From Chrysomallon squamiferum (Eukaryota; Animalia; Mollusca), in NCBI GenBank assembly GCA_012295275.1, contig CM022679.1, positions 8,866,001 to 8,930,000 of the forward strand: a DNA stretch of 64,000 nucleotides, in the 5' to 3' direction. Position 1 is the stretch's first letter. Each line of letters begins with the position of its first letter. A model generated the notes under the pieces. The model saw nothing but the letters and a program-made list of their open reading frames with translations, searched no databases and was not told the DNA's origin. A program made the translations under genes and the position numbers. Shown piece after piece: positions 55,258-64,000 of the stretch.

Positions 55258-57460
55258 GTTTATTTATTTGTCTCTTTCATTCTGTTTTATTTATTTTTAA
55301 TTTTTTGTTCTGTTTTTGTTTTGATTTCATTTTATTTAATCTGGATATTACTCTAATGGTTTTCAGATGGTTTTTTTCTTTCTTAACACATTCATTTGTC
55401 ACATAATAATAAACAAAAATATATTCCATCTGTTCCACCTTATTTTGTACTGTATCGAATATCTTCAGGGTTAACATCAACGAGGTGTGGATAGGACTGA
55501 ATGCACCAGGATTACCTGGTTACTATGTCTGGACAACTGGACACTCACTGGGGTCATACTCCAAACTGGACACTGCATCTGAAGCTTGTGTTTCAGTTAA
55601 CAGTACGGGCTTGTGGTTGACCAGAGCATGTGACCAGCAGATTCAGGCTGTCTGCGAATATTCCCCAAATGGTAAATACTCCCACCTCCAAAAAATTTAT
55701 AATTTATAATTAATAAAAAAAAATAATTTAACAAAAAAACTGGAATTACAATTACTTTATTTCATTATCTTGTTTAATGTATTTAAATTTTGCCTTTTTT
55801 TTTTTTTTGCCTTTATTTTTATTATAATATTGTATTGTTCAGAAGTTTATTAAATATGTATTTATATAAATATATCAAGTTGAATGGATGTTTACATCTA
55901 GTCCATAAATGGCAGAAATACAGAATAAAATATATATAACTGTATGATGTTAATGAGAATTCGAAACCAAATTCATAGAATTTGAGTTTAAAGATTTTTA
56001 TAATCTTTTCTGACAGTTTTTCAGTCGCTGATAAATATGGCATGTACCATATATTTTTTTAATTGATTAGCATAATACGCCTTTCAGAAAATTATTAATA
56101 ATATACATAGTTCACCTGCATGGGTGTTGTTCTCACTAGACCGGTACTACTCTTTCGAGCCACATGGCATTCATTCACTCGCCACACACCTTTTACGTAT
56201 CAAGTCGCCACAGTTGTGTATCATCAGTGTTCGTTAGGTTTTTAATTTTAAAATGTTTATGCCTAATTATTTACTTATTTAGATGCCTTGGTACCAGAAA
56301 ACCGGTAAATCCAGAAATCCTCTGGCTTCAAGGAGTCCGGATAATTGGTCCGGTACCTGTATTTAAATAATTGGACAGTTTCTCTTAGTTTGTTAAATTT
56401 AATTTTCGTGTTTTATTTGCAGTAATTGTGGATGTTCCACTCCATGTATTAGGGTCAATGGATCTGAAAGATGATGGTCAACCATTTCAGCCAATCATTC
56501 CTGATTCCTCGGCAACAGCACCCAGTTACAGACTTATTCTGTTTCCAGGTAACAATCTAGAGTATACAGAATCTGATACTTTCATCTGCATGTATGTTTG
56601 TGTTTATTTTTATGTGTTATTTTTTGTTTGTTAAAGAGTATATATATGTGACTGTGTGTGTTTCTGAATGTGTGTGTAGTTGTATCTCTACATAACTGTA
56701 TGTGTGTGTGTGTATGCATAGTGCATGTGTGTAGTATGTTTGGTTACTTGTACAAACAGATTTTATTTGTTTGCTTATTTATTTATTTCTGATGTGTTTC
56801 TTTAATCTCTCTGTTTATATGAATTTTTATGTAAATAATATCTGAACATACGTGTGTATATGTGTGTTTGTATAGTGTGATTTGTCATTTTGCTTATTAT
56901 AATTTTTTATTTTTTTTTATTTATTCATATAATGATATATATTTATTTATATTTTTATTTATTTACATATTTATTTATTTTTTAATATATTTATTTGTTT
57001 ATGTGTATTTTTATTTATTTATTTATTAATGTATATTTTTATTTAATTATTTATTTATATATTTATTTATGCATATTTTTATTTATTTATTTATTTATTT
57101 ATATATTTATTTATGTATATTTTTATTTATTTATTTATTTATATATTTATATATTTATGTTTTTATTTATTTATTTATATTTCAGGATTCTGGTTTGCAC
57201 TAGACGGTACACTGAAGTTTTGGATATTTCGCTCTGAGCCTGTTTCCCAGTCTACACTGGTCAAATTAGTGGTGTACAGACCAGCATGTCCAGCTGGCTT
57301 GTTCACTTACCTGCCAGGTAAACACACTGATTTATTGATCTACTGAATTATTGATTAGCAACGCCACAGCACAACAACAACCACAACAATAATAATAATA
57401 ATAGTAATAATAATAAAAGTAATAATAATAATAATAGTAATAAAAAAATAATAATAGTAG

Positions 57461-57491
<31 letters not shown>

Positions 57492-60400
57492 CATAGTAAT
57501 AGTAATAGTAATAATAGTAGTAGTAGTAGTAGTAGTAATTATTATAGTAGTAATATTAATAATAATAGTAATAATAATAGTAATAGTAATAATAATAGTA
57601 ACAATAATACTAATAATAATTGTAATAATAATAAAAGTAATAATAATAATAATAATAATAAAAATAATAATAAAATATATATAAAATTAAATAAAGAAAT
57701 GAAAAAAAAAATATATATATATATATAAATGAAATATAAAACAAAGATATAAATATAAAGATGTAAATATAAAAAAGTAAAAAGTAAATAAATATATACA
57801 AAATAAAATAAAATATTTATTTATTCACACGCTTTAGGCTGCAGCAACAACTTGTACACTGGATGTCTCACTCAACCACCAACATGTCAGACGAGTTACG
57901 GTTGCCAAGGTAACAAACATCCTTGCCATTTGAGCGGTGACTGCATCTCATCAAACGAGTCCTGTAGGTGTGAAGGGGCGTGTGGGCCCAACCCATTCCC
58001 CTCCGGGATGACGTTTCCTTCATACGAGCCAGTGGGCAGCACGCAGGTGTACGTGACGTCGTCTAAAATCTACACCGTCCCAGCTGACATCAGTGTGCAG
58101 GAGGGCGACATCATTGGAGTGTTGTCCGAAGGTGACACGGACGTCCTGTCATGCGACATCAGCCTGACGTCGGTGTGGACGCGGAACAAGTACGTTTTCA
58201 GGAACATCTACGGTGAGACCTCTACCGTGTCTACGAAGACGAGTTTCAACATCACACCGAACCACGTCTGTCACGTCAGTGCTGTGTACTCGAAGAAAGC
58301 AGTCGCCTCCCTTCCTCCCACACTAGCCACAATGAACAAGACTGGGCAGTACACTGTTGGGTATCACACTTCTGCTAGTCCGTCTGTCTCGCAGTGTGAG
58401 ATCACTGTCCAGGAGCCAGTCGCAGTCATTGTGTGGGTCGTCCCAGCACTGAATGCTGAAGGAAACGTTGTAGTGGAAATCGAGACTCCGATCAAACTGG
58501 TTGCCAAAGTTTCTCACGGATCTGATCTGAAGTACCTCTGGCAGGTGAATGGAATCAATATTACAACATACAGCTTGAACTCGGTTTGCCCAATGACAGA
58601 TATTTCTGCTAAAGAGTGCAGTACGAACGATTCTTCCATTTCTAAACCTTTCACTTTTATCACGCAGTCTTTCAAAAATGCCAGTCAGGTCAAACTGACT
58701 GTTTACAATGAAGTCAGCTCTAACAGTATTTCTGTAGGTGTTTTGATTGATCATTGCATGACTATTGCAGGACTACGACTCTTTCGTAGCTGTGGCAATG
58801 CAGAGTGCCTTCCCTTGGTGGAAGTTGGTGTTGAGGTGCTGTTCGAAGTAGAAATTACCTCTGGTGTTGTCGACAGCTACAGTTACAGTAAAAATGGTGC
58901 TCTACTAGTGCAAGGAGAGAAATACTTAAACCACACATTTACAAGCCCAGGTCAGTATGAGCTGGTTGTTAATGGATCCTGTGGATCTCACTGGATGCTA
59001 GCAACTCTTAATGTCACTGCCAAAAAAGCAGCTCATGTTGAAGACTTGAAGTTTTCTGAACCAGACTACAAGCTTGTTGCTGTCGATGAAAAATTTTATG
59101 TTGTTGTAAGTGCTGTAGTACAAATAGATGCCAAGATTTACATCATCATAGACACTGACATGGGTGTATTCTTGAGATATGAACTAACAACATCGTCTAC
59201 AGATCTGATTCAACGTGTAAACCTATCAAGCAATGAAGCAGGAGACTATGTTGTCAATGTGACAATCAATGACTTGTTCGTCAACAAGACCATTTCAAAG
59301 AAAATCTACGTCCTGTACAAAGCTGACAGACGTCACAGTGGACTCAGCAGCCAGCATTGTCCAGGTGAACAGAGACATCGAGTTTAAAGCAGAGGTCAAT
59401 TCCAGTTCTGGACTGGTCACTGTAGGTCCAGTCATGCTGATATACCTGTGGACGTTTCCTAAAGGTTTTGTAGTGACACAGACTGCTAAAACATTTGACA
59501 TCGCAGTGGACAACATGACTGTTTTAGGAGAACATGAGATAAGAGTTGAAGTGAGCAACAATATCAGTTCAGTCTCAGGATTTAAGGTTATTACTGTTGA
59601 ACAGTGCATCGAAGGCCTCAGACTCAAATACAATGGACCAACGCATGTAACAAAGAGCATCACAGTTGTCAGTTCACATGACAAAGGTACAAATATCTCG
59701 TATGTATTTGACCTGGGAGATGGGAGACCACCTGTACATCGGAATATCTCTGAGTTAACAGTTCAGTATTCTTCTGCTGGAGTCTACAATGTCACTTTAA
59801 AGGCAACGAATGACCTTTTGGACACTGACTGCGGCACACCTGCCTCAGCCTCTCTGACTGTTTACATAATGGACAATGACACTCTTATCTTACTAGGCAT
59901 TTTAGAAGCATCTTGTGTTGCTGTCAACGAGACAGTCACCTTATTTGCAGATGTTGTTAATATTGCCCCAGCAAGTCTGAGTTATCAATGGAACTTGGGT
60001 AATGGCCAGAATGTGACAGGAATTGGCTTGCAGAATGTGACGTCATCTTACTCTGACCACGGCATGTACAACGTGTCTGTGGTGGTCAACAGCAAACAGA
60101 AGGCAGAAACTGTGGTGTGTGTACAGGAAAGAGTCAGTGGTCTGAAGATATCCACGCCAAAACCAGCTGTTGTCCTTGCAGATGTTAAATTAACAGTTAC
60201 AACCACAGCTGGGTCTGATGTTTCTTTCGAGTGGAAATTAGACAGTGTTGTCCTTCAGGACTGTGTTACGTCACAGTGTTCTGTCAGCAGAGACAGCCCA
60301 GGAAGTTACTTGTTAAATGTACAGGCTTACAACAATGTGAGCAAGGAAGAAGATAACACTGTTCTGGTTTTCAAAACCTCATAACCTTGCTAAATGTTTC

Positions 60401-63400
60401 TTGTATCACTTGTAACAACAGCGTCTATGCCAGCACAGCAGTAGAAATGACGCTGACAGCATCAGTAGCCATGGAAAGCAATGTTTCATACTCGTGGTAT
60501 TTCAGTTCCAATCCATCTGACATACAGAACAAGCAGAGTGAATTTAATACTTGTTTGGAAAGTCTGCTACATACAACGTTTGCGTTGCAGCCTCAAATCT
60601 GGTGGACAGTGATGATGAGTGTGTTGCCATCTCTGCTCAAGATCCTGTGAGCGGTCTCACTGTGGTTGCAGACAGCACAGAGACAGAAGTTGGATCGCTT
60701 GTTCAGCTGCAGGCCAAAGTCACAACAGGCAGCAACATCACCTACCTGTGGCATTGCCCATCTAAAGATGATGTGAGCAAACCTGATTCAGAGTATGCAG
60801 TACAGTTTGACAGTGCTGGAGGATACAACTGCAGTGTTACAGCATTCAATGAAGTCAGTGAGAAGTCTGTGGCAAGTGTCCTTCTACGTGTGTTTGAAAA
60901 GATCTCCACTTTACAGATAGCTCATAATCTCACTGATAGTAAATATGGTGCTGCCAACGAGGTTTTGAATTTCGAGGCTGAATCAAACACAGACTATGGG
61001 GTGGGGTATGACTGGAAGGTGTCCAGAAATGAAACAGTGGTGTGTGAAAACTCTGGGAAATCATTACAGGTGCAATGTAGTTCATTCCAGGTTGGAAGAT
61101 ACACCATAGAGTTAACTGCTATGAATGTCATCAGCAGGAAAAACATTTCTTTATATTTTGAATCCATAGAGAAAATAGTCAATCCCAGAATGCAACAGTC
61201 AGCCATATTTGCTGCAGTGAACAGCAGTGTGAATGTGTCAGTTTTAATGGACAGTGGATCCAATGTCATGTATTCTTGGACAGTAATTCCTTCCAGGATC
61301 TGCTGTGTGTTCAGGCAGCAGTGATGCTAAGACTTGTGTTTTCACAGCTGAAGGAAATTATGCAGTGAGAGTCAGAGTACACAATTTTCTAAATTTAACT
61401 GGTGAAAACCTGGAGACTCAAGTCACAGTTCTACAAACAGTCAAAGACGTCTCCATAACTTCCAGTATTGGCAGCAATTTTCGGTTTGTCACTCTTGGAG
61501 ATGCCATGACCTTCAGTCCGCAAGTGTCTCAAGGTTCTGATCTGCAATACTATTGGCAGTTATTTTATAAAGGAGTCTGTGTTGTTGAGTCTCAGGCACC
61601 TGCTCTTTCGAGTTCTTTTACAAAACTTGGAGAATACAGACTCTCTCTGACTGTGTTAAACAGCATCAGCAAGCAGACAGTGTCCGTGAACATCACGATC
61701 ATTCAGAAAATACAAAACGTCATCATCCAATCAGACAAGACTCTGATCACGACTGGAGAGACAGTGACATTAACAGCTATCATCAGTCCACAAGGTGTAC
61801 CTGCCTCGTTCACTTGGGCAATCAATGGAGAGCTCATGCGCACAGCACTAGCCGCTTTCCAGAAAACATTTACAGCTGCTGATGTGTACACTGTAACGGT
61901 GATGGCATATAACGAAGTGAGCAATGTTTCTCACACGATTACCATCAATGTAGAAGATCCAATCCAGCAACTTCAGATTGTAAATTGCTCAGCAGTACGT
62001 CCAGCTTTGGTTAACATTAATCTGGATGCACGTGCAGCTCAAGGAACAAATGTAACTTACATCTGGGCTGTTGAAACCACAAGTGGAACTAAGAAGGCAT
62101 ACACTGGCAGTTCTGTGATTCACACATTTGACTCTTCTGGCAGCTTTCTTGTGGAACTGTTTGCCTCAAATCAAGTTAGCAACAGCTCAGTTAAATGCAA
62201 TATTAATGTGCAGGGAATTGTCAAAATATCCAGTGTGAAAATAACATCAGATACGAAATATCTGTTTGTGAATCATTCAGTTTATTTTGTGGCCATTGGA
62301 GAAAACCTTGGCGATACGCAGTTTGAGTGGGATTTTGGTAATTCTGAGAGGGCGACCACACAGAATAATAAATACCAGAGAGAGTTTAACACAGCTGCCA
62401 CATACTCTCTGACAGTGACTGCCTCGAACAACATAAGTGAAGACAGATTCCAAATAGAGTTCATCGTTTATCACCTCAGATGTCAGATTCCTGAAGTGAT
62501 TGTTGTGGGTGAATCCTCAATAACATCTTTTAAATCAAATGCCGTAGAGCTGGAGGTGACTGTCGATTCGGGAGAATGTGTTTTCTACAATTCCAGACAC
62601 AGCTGGGAGGTATACAGAGCTAGAGATTGTACAGTTTCTCTGTCAGACAAGATTTCATTAGGAGACACTTACATCACCAGTCCTCTTCTCAGGATAAAAC
62701 CCAGAACTCTGGACTATGGCCTGTACTGTGTCAAATTTACTACTGGGTTTGAAACTACTTCAGTTGAAGAGTCAGTGTACTATACGTTGAACGTAATAGC
62801 CTCCCCTTTGAAGGCTGTAATTGCAGGTGGCACTGTTCGCACACTTCCTGAAGGGGACATCATTCTGGATGGTACTGAGTCTTTTGATCCTGATACAAGT
62901 GACAGTGTAGGCTTGGATTTTCAGTGGACTTGTCAAGTCTCAAACCCAGTAAGTCTTAAGTTATTAAAGTATCGTCTGTCTATCTATCTAGCCATCTATC
63001 CATCTGTCTCTCTATCTCTATTTTTCTTTTTATCTATCTTTCTGTTTCTATTTTTCTACTTATCTATCTGTGTATATCTCTTTCTCTATTTATCTATCTG
63101 TCTGTTTACAAACGTGTGTAATTTCTTTTTTGATTAATAAACCAATTTATTTGGATTATTTATTGTTTAGTTAATATGCAACAAGTGGTTTTAACAGACC
63201 AGAACACTTTGACAAAAATAATAAAGTTAGCTAAAAACGAATTTACAACAGTAGTAAATTTTGATGACTTTGTTCAGTGGATTTTTCAGTTTTTAAATAT
63301 TCTTTTTAATTTTCAATATTTTAAAAAGTTAACATCAGAACCACTGTTTTATTACCTTAGGCAGAAGAAGAAGTGACTTAAAAGGTCTTAATAACAGGAA

Positions 63401-64000
63401 TTCATTTTTATATATTATTTTTTAGAATAATTTCAGAGGTTGTGCCTACCTTGATAACACAGGACAGGTGAAAACAACATTGTCAGAAGGTGTCTACTAC
63501 ATCGCTCTCACTGTAATGAAGACAAACAGAATAGATTCCACAAAACAGACTGTAAGGGCAGATCACATCATTTTTGTGTTTTTATTACCAGTACTCAATT
63601 CTTATTTAGATTTAAATTCATATAATTTTATGTCATATGGTAGAATATTAAAACTAGTCGAAATGTAATTAGATACATTCTCTATTCTGTCTTCATCACT
63701 GACAATCTGAAAGAACTGAATGACAAATATATGTCTCATAAATACTTCTATAATAAAATGAAAAGATTTTCAGGTCATACACTATGTAATTTGTTTTTCC
63801 ACCGATTCATATTACATCCTATGTGTAAATATTATTATAACTACAAACCTGAATTTGTCTATTTTTGTTTCAGCTTCACATTGTAAAAGGCAATGTTCCC
63901 ATGGTAACTGTCACGTGCATTTCCTGTCTGTCCAGCCACTCTTTCCAGGTAAATCCTGGCCAACAGGTGGCACTGACCAGTTCGTGTTCTAACTGTCCTT
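43839..64000 (+). CDS. PKD1: Polycystin-1 (PKD1)-type receptor, 5' portion, at least 17 coding exons, runs off the right edge; five apparent frameshifts
   Basis: Domain order from spliced exons: signal peptide/LRR-NT, LRRs, LRR-CT (LSGNPWKCDC), WSC-like, PKD, C-type lectin (WIGL), Cys-rich LDLa-like, many PKD repeats (WDFG, YxVxLxAxN), REJ (LRIKPRTLDYGLYC, IAGGTVR, LDGTESFDPD, VPMVTVTCISC). All introns are GT-AG. Confidence 0.9.
47015..49504 (+). CDS. PKD1: PKD1-like LRR block: six symmetric phase-2 exons (47015-47083, 47429-47506, 48020-48088, 48830-48898, 49055-49126, 49436-49504)
   Basis: ILTNNKISTV..., NLASNRISA..., YLQRNNISVV..., DISHNPIKHF..., YMKNVNLTEIPEGAFDSFSKLRTL, DLSDNNLKTLPKGIFD. 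Lengths 69/78/69/69/72/69 nt, each flanked by AG and GT. Confidence 0.92.
50208..50374 (+). CDS. PKD1: PKD1-like LRR-CT exon
   Basis: DLSGNPWKCDCQLKWLRHWL...VTCSQWP. Confidence 0.95.
51499..51585 (+). CDS. PKD1: PKD1-like 87-nt symmetric Cys/Trp exon
   Basis: TTTCTCAG acceptor, G|GTGAGT donor, phase 1-1, open frame SCHMTEKRSTSTWDWLDSCLTALPSSCQ. Confidence 0.7.
52873..53506 (+). CDS. PKD1: PKD1-like WSC-like plus first PKD domain exon (frameshift near 53325)
   Basis: ETCQTDCF...GCICG; KWNFTDGS...VTHTFVYPETFSV. Length 634 nt is one more than a multiple of 3. Confidence 0.88.
54610..55671 (+). CDS. PKD1: PKD1-like C-type lectin domain, exons 54610-54784 and 55469-55671
   Basis: SGHCFHL...SWFDAQTLCQ...GNLAAINS; EVWIGLN...CV...GLWLTRAC...AVCEY. 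Confidence 0.93.
56423..57317 (+). CDS. PKD1: PKD1-like exons 56423-56548 and 57186-57317
   Basis: Open phase 1-1 exons of 126 and 132 nt: ...YRLILFPG|FWFALDG...LVVYRPAC...LPG. Confidence 0.88.
57838..62948 (+). CDS. PKD1: PKD1-like giant exon (5111 nt): Cys-rich LDLa-like segment, PKD repeat array, start of REJ; four internal frameshifts
   Basis: Consecutive ORFs at 57852, 59269, 60387, 60551 and 61305 tile into continuous PKD repeats. TTTAG acceptor, CCA|GTAAGT donor. Confidence 0.9.
63426..64000 (+). CDS. PKD1: PKD1-like REJ exons 63426-63551 and 63874 to window end
   Basis: LSEGVYYIALTVMKTNRIDSTKQT|LHIVKGNVPMVTVTCISC...VALTSSCSNC. Confidence 0.9.

Noticed and set aside
56290-56362. Palindromic GGTACC...CCGGATAAT...GGTACCTGTA as a structured RNA
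   Set aside because: More like a decayed pogo/Tigger-type terminal repeat; too short to call.
59310-61300. Programmed ribosomal frameshifting as the explanation for PKD1 frame breaks
   Set aside because: Mixed +1/-1 directions and no shared slippery motif; sequence error is more parsimonious.
58323-62474. Minus-strand ORFs within the PKD1 giant exon
   Set aside because: Antisense shadows of a long coding exon; no recognisable motifs.

Overview
AT-rich, microsatellite-dense animal genomic DNA, probably molluscan (inferred from the repeat families). It holds three protein-coding genes. (1) The first coding exon of a BK/Slowpoke potassium channel (slo/KCNMA1), minus strand, 59-382, running off the left edge. 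(2) A complete 9-exon ArfGAP-with-dual-PH gene (ADAP1/centaurin-alpha-like), minus strand, 8087-29967; the exons I assembled by hand give 373 aa. (3) The 5' part of a polycystin-1 (PKD1)-type gene, plus strand, 43839 to the right edge, with LRR-WSC-like-PKD-C-type lectin-PKD repeats-REJ, an expanded LRR block, a 5.1 kb exon and five apparent 1-nt frameshifts. Mobile DNA includes an internally deleted Mutator-like element, a MITE, and RTE-LINE and SINE fragments. The most striking unexplained pattern is that several intronic tandem arrays are copies of the adjacent exon edge plus its splice site and decay with distance from the exon. One array holds about 10 in-frame 36-nt cassettes flanked by TTTTAG and GTAAGT that look like microexons. 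All coordinates, translations and counts were done by eye, with no database search.
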